Source: an uncultured Verrucomicrobiae bacterium (GTDB lineage: Bacteria > Verrucomicrobiota > Verrucomicrobiia > Limisphaerales > Palsa-1400). Taken from it: a stretch of 64,000 nucleotides of DNA. The notes under the pieces were generated by a model. The model worked only from the letters and a program-made list of their open reading frames with translations. It ran no database searches and was not told where the DNA came from. The position numbers were made by a program, and so were the translations under genes. Each line of letters opens with the position of its first letter. Within the stretch, counting starts at the first letter, position 1. The stretch is taken from positions 4,800,001-4,864,000 of the forward strand of contig OY969763.1 of NCBI GenBank assembly GCA_963702845.1, in the 5' to 3' direction. Positions 21,633 through 31,828 of the stretch are shown here, one piece after another.

Positions 21633-23670
21633 GCATATCATTGTGTGCGGCGGCCAACAGCCACCGGCTGGGATTGGCAAAAAGTTTCTGGCGCTCAATC
21701 TCTGGGGTGGGAAGGGCGTAGCGAATATCAAATTTCACATAGAAGATATTCATTCGCGGCTTCTTCAGAATGTGCCGGAGCGGTTCGTGGACCTGCTGGA
21801 GATCGCGGCTTATCTCTATTGTTTTGACCAGGGATTTGCGCGCGTGAGGATGGATGTGGAGAGTTTTGGGTCGGCGTGGCGGCGAAGGTTCAAAGTATAT
21901 GTGCCGGTGCGCGACCCGGACTTTTGGAATGATGCGGAGGTGAAGAGAACGCTGACGGATACGTTGAATTTTCTTTCCGATGAATTTTTCGATTTTCGAT
22001 TTTCCAAAGCGTATAAGCCGCCGGAGTTACAGGAATATCTCGATTTCAAGGAGAGCGCGGGCGCTGAGCAAACAGCCGAACAAGTAATGATGTACTCGGG
22101 CGGGCTGGATTCATTGGCAGGTGCAATCGACGAAATCATAACGCAAAAACGGCAAGTCGTTTTGGTCAGTCACAGGTCGACGCCGAAATTGCTCGGAGTG
22201 CATCGGCGCTTGGAAGCGATGATTGTGGAAAAGGCGGGACAGAAAAGGCCGGTGCAGATGAACGTCCGCGTCAGCAAGAAGATCGTTTTAGATGAAGAGG
22301 ATCATACGCAACGGTCCCGGTCGTTCTTATTTGGGTCCTTGGGAGCGACGGTTGCGACTGTCCTGGGTTTGAAAAACCTCCGGTTTTATGAGAATGGCGT
22401 CTTGAGCATGAATTTGCCGATGACTGCGCAGCTCGTGGGTGCCCGCGCGACACGCACGACGCATCCGCGGGTGATTCGAGGGTTTTCCAGACTGTTCTCG
22501 TTGGTGGCGGGTGAAACATTCACGGTGGAAAATCCGTTTATCTGGAATACGAAGGGAGAAGTAATACGGAAAATTGTCGACGCAGGCTGTGACGCGATGA
22601 TTGAAGCGTCCACGAGCTGCCCACACACACGGCAAGCAAGCAAAGAGCAGACGCATTGCGGTGCGTGTTCGCAGTGCATTGATCGGCGCTTTGGAGTTAT
22701 AGCAGCGGAAGCGGAAGAATTTGATCCTCCTTCGATTTATCGAATGGATGTTTTTACGGAGTCGCGCTCTAAGGAAGAGGATAAACTGATGGTTGCGGCG
22801 TATTTGGAACGTGCTAATCAGGTTGCGAAATTGGGAAACGCAAATGACTTCATGTCGAAGTACACGGAACTGGGACGGGTGATCCGGTGCATGGATGGCG
22901 CGCCTGATAGCGTGGCTGGCCGCATCTTCGAGTTGTATAAGCGGCATGCGACAGAGGTCAACGAGACAGTCGATAAGATGATGGGAAAGTATCGGAGGGA
23001 AATACGGGAGCGCACGTTGCCTGGAGATTGTCTCTTGCGATTGGTTTATGAGTCTGGATCGGTGACTTCGTTGCCGGTACAAACAGCAGAGCCGATGGAC
23101 AAAACTATTGTTGGCGCAGAGACGAAGACTGCGGCGTTTGTGTTTCGAAAGGCTGGCAGTGTGTGGGATGTGGTTTTCGACGGTGGCAGTTTATTCCACA
23201 TCGATGACGGTTTCGGGGCGAAATATTTGGACTATTTACTGCACCGTCCGAACGAAGTGATTAACGCATTTGACTTGGAAAAGGCTATCCGACCGGCAAA
23301 AGGAAATGCGCGGGCCAAAGATTCGGCACAAACGGCTGTGGACCAACAAACCAAACGAGAGGCTAAGGAAGAACTCCCTCATTTGGAAGCGGAGTTGGAG
23401 ACTGCCGAAGGCGAGGGAGATACTGCGAAGGTAGAACGGTTGAGAGGCGAAATAGCTAAGGTGAAGTGCGTCATCGGCAATGAGAATTTATTGAACGGGG
23501 ACGCTGGCGAGCGCGCGCGCGACAACGTGAGAAAAGCTATCAATAAGGTTGTCCAAAAAATGCGTAAGGGCTCAAAAGAGGAGCAGGCGTTTGGTCAGCA
23601 TATTGGGCAGTTCGTTTCCCTCGGATACGAGGTCTGTTACAATCAACCGAACGAAAATAGTTGGGCGTAA
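21622..23670 (+). CDS. QueC-family (QatC-like) PP-loop protein with C-terminal putative DNA-binding domain
   Basis: SGGLDS, QRSRSFLF, YENG, TRTTHP, NPF..TKGE, SC..HCG.CSQC; C-terminal W.V.FDG..YL.YLL..P..ERARDNVRKAI. Confidence 0.85.
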   Translation: MENEHIIVCGGQQPPAGIGKKFLALNLWGGKGVANIKFHIEDIHSRLLQNVPERFVDLLEIAAYLYCFDQGFARVRMDVESFGSAWRRRFKVYVPVRDPDFWNDAEVKRTLTDTLNFLSDEFFDFRFSKAYKPPELQEYLDFKESAGAEQTAEQVMMYSGGLDSLAGAIDEIITQKRQVVLVSHRSTPKLLGVHRRLEAMIVEKAGQKRPVQMNVRVSKKIVLDEEDHTQRSRSFLFGSLGATVATVLGLKNLRFYENGVLSMNLPMTAQLVGARATRTTHPRVIRGFSRLFSLVAGETFTVENPFIWNTKGEVIRKIVDAGCDAMIEASTSCPHTRQASKEQTHCGACSQCIDRRFGVIAAEAEEFDPPSIYRMDVFTESRSKEEDKLMVAAYLERANQVAKLGNANDFMSKYTELGRVIRCMDGAPDSVAGRIFELYKRHATEVNETVDKMMGKYRREIRERTLPGDCLLRLVYESGSVTSLPVQTAEPMDKTIVGAETKTAAFVFRKAGSVWDVVFDGGSLFHIDDGFGAKYLDYLLHRPNEVINAFDLEKAIRPAKGNARAKDSAQTAVDQQTKREAKEELPHLEAELETAEGEGDTAKVERLRGEIAKVKCVIGNENLLNGDAGERARDNVRKAINKVVQKMRKGSKEEQAFGQHIGQFVSLGYEVCYNQPNENSWA

Positions 23671-23862
23671 ATCGGTAGTTTTTTGATTTGGGAACGCAAA
23701 GTTCCCAATTGGGAATCGTTAATTCCCGCCATTTGGGCGTAAGCCTGAATGGCGGTTTTTTTTGGACTCGTTGGTCGAGCCCTTCGTTGACTCCGCGATT
23801 CAGGTAATGGCCTGAGTCGCGTTTTTTGTGCGCGTCTCTGGCGACGAAGAAGACGAAGAACT

Positions 23863-24066
23863 ATGAGAACGCTAAGAAACAAAGCGAAAGTGATGCGCGG
23901 CAAACGGGGGCAGCTCGGGTGGACCCAGTTCGAACTGGCGCGACGAGCTGGTTGTTCGGAATCGCAAATCGCCAAGATCGAGACGGGCCGGATCGCTCCT
24001 GAACCCTGGCTTCGAGATGCCATCGCGCATGCATTAAACATTCAACCGTTCGAGGTGGGCTTGTGA
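23863..24066 (+). CDS. XRE-family HTH (Cro-like) regulator
   Basis: LGWTQFELARRAGCSESQIAKIETG. Confidence 0.85.
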   Translation: MRTLRNKAKVMRGKRGQLGWTQFELARRAGCSESQIAKIETGRIAPEPWLRDAIAHALNIQPFEVGL

Positions 24067-24359
24067 TTACTGCGAACCCTAATGAACGGTTGATTCGGTT
24101 TCTCCAGGCTACGCCGGAGCAGCAAGCGATGGTGGATCGGATTCTCGACGGCCACGCACCCGTGGCACCTCCGCCAATCTCCGGGCCGTTGCTGTTGCCG
24201 ATGGGCAAGGCTTGTGAGTTGCTTGGGGTTTCGCGACCTACTCTCTGGCGCATGCTCAATGCAAAAAAGCTCACACGGGTTGAGGTGTTACCGAAGACGT
24301 ATCGGGTGAGGCGATCGGAAATTCTGGAGTTGGCGAATGGAAAGGACGGCGGCCAATGA
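24063..24359 (+). CDS. Excisionase-like HTH protein
   Basis: ACELLGVSRPTLWRML...YRVRRSEI. Confidence 0.8.
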   Translation: MITANPNERLIRFLQATPEQQAMVDRILDGHAPVAPPPISGPLLLPMGKACELLGVSRPTLWRMLNAKKLTRVEVLPKTYRVRRSEILELANGKDGGQ

Positions 24360-24769
24360 ACCAGCAACGTAAACAGAAGGTAACGGAGGGATCTAAGAAG
24401 ATTGCGGATTGCGGATTGCAGAGTGCGGATTCCAAACAAAAGGTCGCGAAGGAAACGAAGGCAAACCTAACGTTTGACGGCAAGCGGGGCTTGCATCCAC
24501 CTCGATCTCAGCGACCCGGCGGGCCGGTGAAAACGAATGCAACTGCGCAAAGCGATTGGGATGGGGCGCTGAAATCTTGGCAGCTTGCGGAAAAAATTCA
24601 GGTGAGTGAGCGGATGATTCGCAAGCTGGTGGCACAGAAGAAAATTCCGGTGATGCGGTTGGGGCGGTTGCTTCGGTTTGATTACGACGCAGTGCAAAAG
24701 GCGCTGACTGTCGCGGAAAATAAGAATGGGGTTGATGGGACTATTGCGACGAATGGAGGCGGCCAGTGA
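24356..24769 (+). CDS. Second excisionase-like HTH protein
   Basis: LAEKIQVSERMIRKLV..KIPVMRLGRLLRFD. Confidence 0.7.
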   Translation: MNQQRKQKVTEGSKKIADCGLQSADSKQKVAKETKANLTFDGKRGLHPPRSQRPGGPVKTNATAQSDWDGALKSWQLAEKIQVSERMIRKLVAQKKIPVMRLGRLLRFDYDAVQKALTVAENKNGVDGTIATNGGGQ

Positions 24770-25791
24770 TCAGCGTTCTGGATCGGGCTCTGCGTTATGT
24801 CGCGAAGTGTGAGCCCGCAATTTCCGGGCAAGGTGGGCATGATCGCACCTTTCATGTGGCGGCTGTCGCCGTTCATGGGTTCGCCCTGGATGATGCCGAT
24901 GCGCTGGCGGTTTTGCGTGAGTATAATCAACGGTGTGTGCCGCCATGGTCGGAAACGGAGTTGGTGCATAAGGTTCGGTCGACGGCGACGGCGCAACATG
25001 CGTTAGCACGCGGCCACCTTTTAAAGGAACACGACAGGGGAACCGATTTCAAATCTCAGATTTCAGATTTGAAAGTGTCCAGACCTGCTTCGGCAAATTT
25101 GGTCAGTCCGCGAGCGGCGGCGGAGCGGTTTCTAAACGGGTTTCGCTGTCATGAATCGGATTTGACTGCGGAAAGCCCGGTGGCGTTGGATGGAGAGCCG
25201 CGTTTCGACGGCGTTCTGGCACTGGCGAATTTGTATAAACCGGATGAGCGAATCAATTTTGTAACGGAGTTTGAGGAAACGACGGTTAAGGGCGAAATCA
25301 AGGCGCGGCCGGTCGGCAAAGGTCTGACGCTGACGAGGGATGAAGCGATGCGGCGTTTTGCGGAGGTCGGAACTGACAGCAGCCGCGCGGGTGGATGGCT
25401 GCGGATGAATCCGGTGGACGGGTACGGCATCGCGGATGCGAATGTGGCGGCGTTTCGGTTCGCCCTGCTGGAAAGCGATGCGCTTCCGATGGATTTGCAG
25501 GTGTCGCTCATTGCGCGATTGCCGTTACCGGTCTCTTTGGTGGTGAGCAGCGGCGGTCGCTCGGTGCATGCGTGGGTGAGAATTGATGCCGGCGATATTG
25601 CGGAGTATCGGGCGACGGTTTCGAAGATGCTCAAGATTCTGGCGCGGCTTGGGGTGGATGAGAAAAATAAAAATCCTTCAAGGCTTTCGCGTTTGCCGGG
25701 AGCGAAACGGGAGATCGGCGGAGTCGGTGACGGGTGGCAAAAGATTCTGTATCTAAATCCGAATCCAGCGGAGAGGAGGATTTGCCCATGA
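24766..25791 (+). CDS. DNA primase (PriCT-like N-terminus plus RepB/AEP-type primase domain)
   Basis: AISGQGGHD..NQRCVPPWSE.EL; LLESD, SGGRSVHAW, NPSRLSRLPG. Confidence 0.75.
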   Translation: MISVLDRALRYVAKCEPAISGQGGHDRTFHVAAVAVHGFALDDADALAVLREYNQRCVPPWSETELVHKVRSTATAQHALARGHLLKEHDRGTDFKSQISDLKVSRPASANLVSPRAAAERFLNGFRCHESDLTAESPVALDGEPRFDGVLALANLYKPDERINFVTEFEETTVKGEIKARPVGKGLTLTRDEAMRRFAEVGTDSSRAGGWLRMNPVDGYGIADANVAAFRFALLESDALPMDLQVSLIARLPLPVSLVVSSGGRSVHAWVRIDAGDIAEYRATVSKMLKILARLGVDEKNKNPSRLSRLPGAKREIGGVGDGWQKILYLNPNPAERRICP

Positions 25792-26930
25792 CAAGCCTCG
25801 ATGTGTTGGAAAAGGAGGTTATGGAGGCGTCAACGCCAGCGAATGAGCAACCGCCGGTCGCGCGGAAGTTGAGCGAGCTGGTGCTGCCCGACATCAATGA
25901 CCCGGATGAGCTTTTGAAACATCGGTTCCTCGGGCGTGGCGGTGGGATGTTGATGGTTGGGCCGACGGGAATCGGGAAAAGTTCGCTGGGGATGCAGTTG
26001 ATGGTGCTTTGGGCGCTCGGGCGAGAGGCGTTCGGGATAAAACCATCCAAGCCATTGAAGTCGCTGTTGGTGCAAGCCGAGAACGATGACGGGGACCTGG
26101 CAGAAATGAGAGACGGGGTGATTCGCGGTCTGGGCTTGAATGCCGATGAAACGAAACGTGCTTTAGACAATGTGATTGTGGTGAGGGAAGATTCGCGGAC
26201 AAGCAGCGGTTTCGCGACGGGCGTGCTGCGGCCGTTATTGGAGACGCATCGGCCCGATTTGCTTTGGATTGATCCGGCGCTGGCTTATCTCGGCGGGGAA
26301 GCGAGTTCGCAAAAGGATGTAGGCGGGTTTTTGCGGAATTTGCTGAACCCGCTTTTGCGCGAGTTCAATTGCGGATGTGTGGTGGTGCATCACACGAATA
26401 AGCCTTCGTCGGGACGTGAAAAGTCGGAGTGGCAGGGAAGCGATTTTGCGTATCTGGGCAGCGGGTCCATTGAATGGGCGGGTTGGGCGCGTGGAGTGAT
26501 TGCGTTGCGGAGCGTTGGGTCGCATTCGGTCTTCGAACTGCGGGCGGCGAAACGCGGAGCACGGCTGCGATGGAAGGAATCCGATGGTGTAACGGCGAGT
26601 TTTGCCAAATTGATTGCGCACAGCCGCGAGCCTGGCGTGATTTGCTGGCGTGAAGCGCAAGCGGACGAGATTCCGGCCGACGCGAAGCGAAAGAATGTTT
26701 TCACCAAGGAGGATTTATTGCCGCACGTGCCTACTGATAAAGCGATTTTGAAAGAGGCGCTGAGGAGCAAAGCGAACGGCGCGGGGATCGCGATAAACAA
26801 AATCAATGGGCTGATCGCGGAGTTGGTGGATGACGGCAGGCTTTTTATTTGGCGCATCAAACGCACGGGAACGAACCCGCAATTGCAGATTGCACGGTTT
26901 CGCCAGCCAGTGGAGGAATTGATAAGATGA
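25788..26930 (+). CDS. AAA_25/RepA-like replicative helicase
   Basis: Walker A GPTGIGKS, QAEND, WIDP, VHHTNK, GS. Confidence 0.85.
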   Translation: MTSLDVLEKEVMEASTPANEQPPVARKLSELVLPDINDPDELLKHRFLGRGGGMLMVGPTGIGKSSLGMQLMVLWALGREAFGIKPSKPLKSLLVQAENDDGDLAEMRDGVIRGLGLNADETKRALDNVIVVREDSRTSSGFATGVLRPLLETHRPDLLWIDPALAYLGGEASSQKDVGGFLRNLLNPLLREFNCGCVVVHHTNKPSSGREKSEWQGSDFAYLGSGSIEWAGWARGVIALRSVGSHSVFELRAAKRGARLRWKESDGVTASFAKLIAHSREPGVICWREAQADEIPADAKRKNVFTKEDLLPHVPTDKAILKEALRSKANGAGIAINKINGLIAELVDDGRLFIWRIKRTGTNPQLQIARFRQPVEELIR

Positions 26931-27128
26931 GAGACTCACACAGAGATTCAAACGGGAAAAATGGGCGTGCGTTGGTGTCGTGCGCGTCAGGAAAGATACA
27001 CATCAACACGCCCCTCTCTTTAGAGGGCGTGTGTGTGTCTGTCCGGGCTTTTTACAGACGGTGACAAATTTAAAAAGGAGTTGCCACCACTTATGAACAG
27101 CTCTTCATATCAGGCAATTGAAACATCA

Positions 27129-27845
27129 CTAAAGGTGACGCTCCAGGCTCGTCAAAACATTCGTCGCAATCCTGCGTATTTGCAGGTCCGGGTCAGTCAG
27201 GTGCTGCCGAATTTCGTTTGTCACAAGTTGCCGATTGTTAGATACACAGAGGCCGAGTGCCGCAAGAGTCGTAGTGCGGTTGGGATTGTTCGGGTTGTGA
27301 AGGAGCGCGACCATCGTTTGAGTGCCAGCTTTTCCTGTCGACGCCATTGCTTGAAGCGCATTGCGAGCAGCATCACGATGTTTTGCGTTCATAACCATGT
27401 TCGAGAGCCGTGGGATAGCGGGCGTGGCGTTTGTTCCGAGGACTTCGAACACTCCCAAAGCGAGGTAGGTGCGGTTTTCTCCCTTGTGTATCAGAAGCGA
27501 GTAACTGTCACCTACGCCCATCTTGTCGGCGATCGGCTCGATGAAATCTTCTACACGTTCGGAGGCAGGCGATTTTTCGTAACTGATCCATCGAATGAGT
27601 GTCGGAAAAATTTGCGGCGTCATTGCACGCAAAGCTTGGGCCGGTGGGCTCGATTTTGCCGCATCACCGTTCCCTGTTTTGGTGAAAGCGGCTGCATAGG
27701 CGTCCTGATAAGCAGAGTTCCATTCCGTAAAAGTGCGTCCATTGTATTCCGGTTCGGAATCACCCGTTGTCAGCGCAATGGCGGCAACGATTGCCATTAT
27801 CGTGCCCGCTACAAGGGTAATTTTCCACCGTCGCTTCACACTCAC
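27129..27845 (-). CDS. Membrane-anchored HEAT-repeat protein (cargo)
   Basis: TM helix, EPEYNGRTFTEW, LG.NATPAIP.L, LTDPD..IR..AT..L. Confidence 0.7.
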   Translation of the reverse strand: MSVKRRWKITLVAGTIMAIVAAIALTTGDSEPEYNGRTFTEWNSAYQDAYAAAFTKTGNGDAAKSSPPAQALRAMTPQIFPTLIRWISYEKSPASERVEDFIEPIADKMGVGDSYSLLIHKGENRTYLALGVFEVLGTNATPAIPRLSNMVMNAKHRDAARNALQAMASTGKAGTQTMVALLHNPNNPNRTTTLAALGLCVSNNRQLVTNEIRQHLTDPDLQIRRIATNVLTSLERHL

Positions 27846-27865
27846 AGAGTAGGCAGGTGTCCTGA

Positions 27866-28030
27866 ATGAGCGAGCAAATTGACATTGCAGTTGATCTTGG
27901 CGCCGTTGCGCCTCCCTTGCCGGAGATCGGCACGTTGCGCGATTTTGTCGCGGACCCGCCTAAGCCGCCTCCGCAAATCATTCAGGGCATCCTGCATCAA
28001 GGGTGCAAAATGTTTTTGGGCGGCACGTCC
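27866..28030 (+). pseudogene. Truncated 5' fragment of a second AAA_25-type helicase
   Basis: PPQIIQGILHQGCKMFLGGTS breaks off inside the expected Walker A. Confidence 0.55.
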
Positions 28031-28182
28031 AATACTGAGAAAGAACCAAAAGACAGGCAGAAGGGAAGGAGCACCCTCTTAGGAGTCGGGTGGCCTTCCT
28101 TCTTCTGCCGTTGGACTGCGGAGGTGTTAGCACACGGCCACCACTTGCACGCAGCGATCAACACGCCAGAAATAAAGCATTT

Positions 28183-28812
28183 ATGAGCCGACCATTTGAA
28201 CAACTGCCGACGCCGAGTGTTAGCACACGGACACCTTCGCTTTCTTTCGAGCAGCAACCGAAAGAAAGTGCTAAGGCGTTTGCGGCGTTTGGATTGTATC
28301 TGAGTATGGGGCCGGAGCGGTCGCTGGAATTGGTGGGGCGAAAGTTAGGCAAGAGTAAGGGGCAAATGGAAAAGTGGTCGCGGCGTTTTGAATGGACTTC
28401 GAGGGTGCAGGCGCATGGGGCGCACCTGGCTATTGTGGAGCGCGAAGCGATCGAGGCGACGGCGCGAAGCAAGGCGGCGGAGTGGGAAGGGCGTGAGCAG
28501 AAGTTGCGAGAAACGGAATGGGCGATGCATGAGCGGGCGATTGCTGCCGCGCAACGGGGTCTCGATGCCTACATGGCGCGTGAAAAGGTTTATGCGAATC
28601 TTTCGGACATCGCGCGGATGCTGGAGGTCGCGAGCAAGCTTGGGCGGCTGGCGACGGGGCTTGGGACGAACGGCGAGCGCATGAACGGTGACGAGTTGCC
28701 GACGGTGCGCGTCGAGGTCACGGTCGCACTGGAGAAGATTTATGGCGAGCCGTTGCCGGGTGAAATTATCGACGTCGAGGCGGTGCGAACACTGCCGGAG
28801 GGAACGCAATGA
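28183..28812 (+). CDS. Putative terminase small subunit
   Basis: ES.KAFAAF..Y..MGPERSL..V..WS....W..R pattern; directly upstream of and overlapping TerL. Confidence 0.65.
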   Translation: MSRPFEQLPTPSVSTRTPSLSFEQQPKESAKAFAAFGLYLSMGPERSLELVGRKLGKSKGQMEKWSRRFEWTSRVQAHGAHLAIVEREAIEATARSKAAEWEGREQKLRETEWAMHERAIAAAQRGLDAYMAREKVYANLSDIARMLEVASKLGRLATGLGTNGERMNGDELPTVRVEVTVALEKIYGEPLPGEIIDVEAVRTLPEGTQ

Positions 28813-30260
28813 CGCCGTGGGAAAGGTATTTTCTGATCGGGCGGCGCGCGGGTTGTCCGAAGGATCAGATGCAACGGTTTGAGCGGGCGGACGTCGTCTT
28901 GCAGGAGCGTCAGCTTGCGGCCAGCGCGGCGGCGCGACTTTGCGACGGTGCCGATGGGCCGACGGCGATCGGCTACGGCGGCGCACGTGGTGGTGGCAAG
29001 TCGCATTGGTTGCTTGGACAGATGGGCGTCGATGATTGTCAGCGTGTGCCAGGGTTGAAATGTTTGCTGCTGCGCAAGGTCGGCAAGGCGAACCTTGAGC
29101 ACTTCGAGGATCTGCGGCGAAAGTTGTTCACGAAACTCGGTCACGAGTTCTCGGCGTTTCGGGGAATCCTGACGTTCAACAATGGATCGCGCATCATCGC
29201 TGGGCATTTCCAGAACGAGAAGGACATCGACGCGTATCTCGGGCTTGAATACGACGTTATCGGCATAGAAGAGGCGACGACGTTGACGGCGCGCAAATAC
29301 CAGGACATCACGACGTGTTGTCGGACGAGCAAACCGAATTGGCGGCCGCGTATCTATTCGACGACGAATCCGGGCGGCGTCGGTCACGGCTGGTATCGAA
29401 CGAGGTTCGTTCTCCCGTTCTTGAACAAGGCGGAAACGGAAACGAGGTTTGTGGCGGCGCGTGTGACTGACAACCGGTGGAACAACCCGGAGTATATCCG
29501 GGTGCTGCAGGGTCTGAGCGGTTGGCAGCGTCGCGCGTGGCTGGATGGCGACTGGGACATCGCGGCGGGGCAGTTCTTCACGACGTTGCGGCGCGATGTG
29601 CATGTGGTTGAGGATTTCGATGACAGGCGCGCGCGGGAATGGTTCTGTGCGTTAGACTATGGATTTGCGCATTACACTGTGGTGTTGCTCGGCTGCACGG
29701 ATTGTGATGGGAACGTTTTCGTCGTGGATGAACACGCGGAACGGCTCTGGTTGCCGCAACGTCATGCGGCGGCAATCAAGGCGATGGTGCAACGGCACAA
29801 AACGGTTGCGAATCGCGCCGGAAGTTCCGGTTCCCATTTGCAAATTGCGGATTTGAAACGGTTCGTTGCTGGTGCGGATGTGTTCTCGCGTCAGAGCGAT
29901 GGCACGACGATTGCCGCGCAGTATGCGAAGCACGGAATCACGCTGCGGTGCGCGAACACAGACCGCATCAACGGCTGGGCTGAGATTCTGCATCGTCTCG
30001 GCGACACGAACGTCGTGCTCGCACCGATCGTCGGTCTCGCAGTGGGAGGAACGAAGCCTACGCTTTTCATTCACAAACGATGCGGGCGGCTGATTGAGAC
30101 GCTGCCAGCGCTGCAACATGATCCCCATCGCCCTGAGGATGTGTTGAAGGTCGACGCCGACGATGATGGCGTCGGCGGCGATGATGCGGCGGATGCGTTG
30201 CGTTACCTGGTGGCGACGAAAGCACGAAGTGTCGTCGCGAGGAAGTTGAGCGGGTTTTGA
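28809..30260 (+). CDS. Terminase large subunit
   Basis: YGGARGGGKS, IEEA, TTNPGGVGHGW, LDGDWD, LDYG, DDAADALRY. Confidence 0.93.
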   Translation: MTPWERYFLIGRRAGCPKDQMQRFERADVVLQERQLAASAAARLCDGADGPTAIGYGGARGGGKSHWLLGQMGVDDCQRVPGLKCLLLRKVGKANLEHFEDLRRKLFTKLGHEFSAFRGILTFNNGSRIIAGHFQNEKDIDAYLGLEYDVIGIEEATTLTARKYQDITTCCRTSKPNWRPRIYSTTNPGGVGHGWYRTRFVLPFLNKAETETRFVAARVTDNRWNNPEYIRVLQGLSGWQRRAWLDGDWDIAAGQFFTTLRRDVHVVEDFDDRRAREWFCALDYGFAHYTVVLLGCTDCDGNVFVVDEHAERLWLPQRHAAAIKAMVQRHKTVANRAGSSGSHLQIADLKRFVAGADVFSRQSDGTTIAAQYAKHGITLRCANTDRINGWAEILHRLGDTNVVLAPIVGLAVGGTKPTLFIHKRCGRLIETLPALQHDPHRPEDVLKVDADDDGVGGDDAADALRYLVATKARSVVARKLSGF

Positions 30261-30387
30261 GAAAGCGAAAACTCCGGGTGCGGCCGCAAAGCAATGGAAT
30301 ACCGGCCTGGTGTTTCGGGGAAAACAGTTAAAAATAATACCAAACGGATTCGGGTTGTTCCTTTACCGGAAGCGGTGAGTGTTCTGA

Positions 30388-30642
30388 ATGATGACAAAAA
30401 CGCGTGTTGAGGACCGGGAAGGGCCAGTGGGAAAGATTTTTGAAAAGCAGGCTTCAAAAATTCCGTCGGATATTTTCATGTGGGCGGCCGGTGGCTCAAT
30501 CGTTGCATCGCTAGCGCTCAAATTGGCCAAGCGCGATCATGAGGCGCTGTTCGTGGGACAATGGGCTCCAACATTTCTTGTGTTGGGATTGTTCAACAAA
30601 TTATTGAAGGTGGCGGGTAGTGAGCACGCAGAAAACGCGTAA
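30388..30642 (+). CDS. Small conserved-type membrane protein (host-like cargo)
   Basis: KIPSD.F.WAA..S..ASL.L....ALFVGQWAPTFL.LG.NKL. Confidence 0.7.
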   Translation: MMTKTRVEDREGPVGKIFEKQASKIPSDIFMWAAGGSIVASLALKLAKRDHEALFVGQWAPTFLVLGLFNKLLKVAGSEHAENA

Positions 30643-31657
30643 GGGCTAACGCGTCCCATAATTAAAGTCCCAAGCGACCCCGCCTAACTTCCTCTTCGGG
30701 AAGCTGCGGAGTGGAGGCGTGGCGTGAAGAATGCAAATTCAGTTGGCGCGATCGCTGCGGCTGGCTCGGCGGGGAAGGAGACAGCCATTGTCAGCGAGCG
30801 TGCCAAGTGAATTTCCCTGCGTGGCATAAGGCAATATTGTGCGACAAATCCGGTTCGCATCAGTGGGTCTCGCGGGTCCCGCTGGTGCGATGCGTTATTT
30901 CGCAACGGATTTTCTGCACAATGTTTCTTATGTCTTAGCAGTGGTTCGCAAGGCAGACGCCCAGACGCGCAGGTGCGAGCCGCACTGGCCACATCGATCA
31001 TCGTAGCGTCTGCCGGTTCTTCATGACATGCTGGAACGGAGCTTAGTAATTTCTCGCGGGGTCGCATCAACACGGTTCGCGGTGGTCGCGGCTCTCTGAC
31101 GTGTGCGCGGAAGTCGAGGATGTCGCCGTCGTTCGTGCGGGTGTTAGCACACGGCCACGTGGGGCGAACGGGAAGGCGATACCGCAGGCTTTTGCGCAGA
31201 GGTCAGACTAAAGATGGGAGGCCTGCACATGACTGCGACGCGGCGAAGGTCAGCGAGCTTGCGAGCGTTTCCGTAGCTAGTCGCAGTGATGTGCTGGCCT
31301 TGGGGAATGGCCAGTCTCCACAGATTTGAAACGTCGGAACGGAGCGGAAATGGAGGCGTGATGGAAGCGGAGTTGTTCGCTGACACGCGCCGCAATGTAG
31401 CGAAGTGGAGCGTTTTTAATTTGTGGAGTCTGGCGTGCTTGCGCACGGCCACGTTCCGCACGAGGACGTGCGTGGGGCTGCGCAAGGGTGAGGACATTGA
31501 CGGTGGCTTGCCACGATGGAGCGGCGCAGCAAGCGACAATCGAGTCGATGGCATCACGCTTGTGCAGCGGGGGATGGTTCCGTTGTATTATTTCGTCGTT
31601 TGAAAAGAATGACGATTTGCAATAGCCCAAAAATACGATTCTCCAAGTGGGTAGGGA

Positions 31658-31828
31658 CTAATTGGATTTTCGGTAGGAGCGAACCAGGTCCCAAAGCAAA
31701 CCGGTTACGCCAATCGCCCATAGGCACCAGATCCAAGCAGGTATTCCTTTGGAGAAACCAGAAGCAACAACTCCTGCTATTATTAGCATGACGCAAGAAT
31801 CCCCAATGGTGCTAGTGCGTTTTTTCAT
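31658..31828 (-). CDS. 56-aa two-TM protein absent from the ORF track
   Basis: Manual translation MKKRTSTIGDSCVMLIIAGVVASGFSKGIPAWIWCLWAIGVTGLLWDLVRSYRKSN. Confidence 0.5.
   Translation of the reverse strand: MKKRTSTIGDSCVMLIIAGVVASGFSKGIPAWIWCLWAIGVTGLLWDLVRSYRKSN

Noticed and set aside
27033..27869. 278-aa plus-strand ORF
   Set aside because: Shadow of the minus-strand HEAT-repeat gene, which has recognisable motifs.
30973..30992. Ninth copy of the hairpin motif
   Set aside because: Has the GTGGCC head and a GTGC/GCAC stem but an extra base and a different 5-nt loop; too divergent to count.
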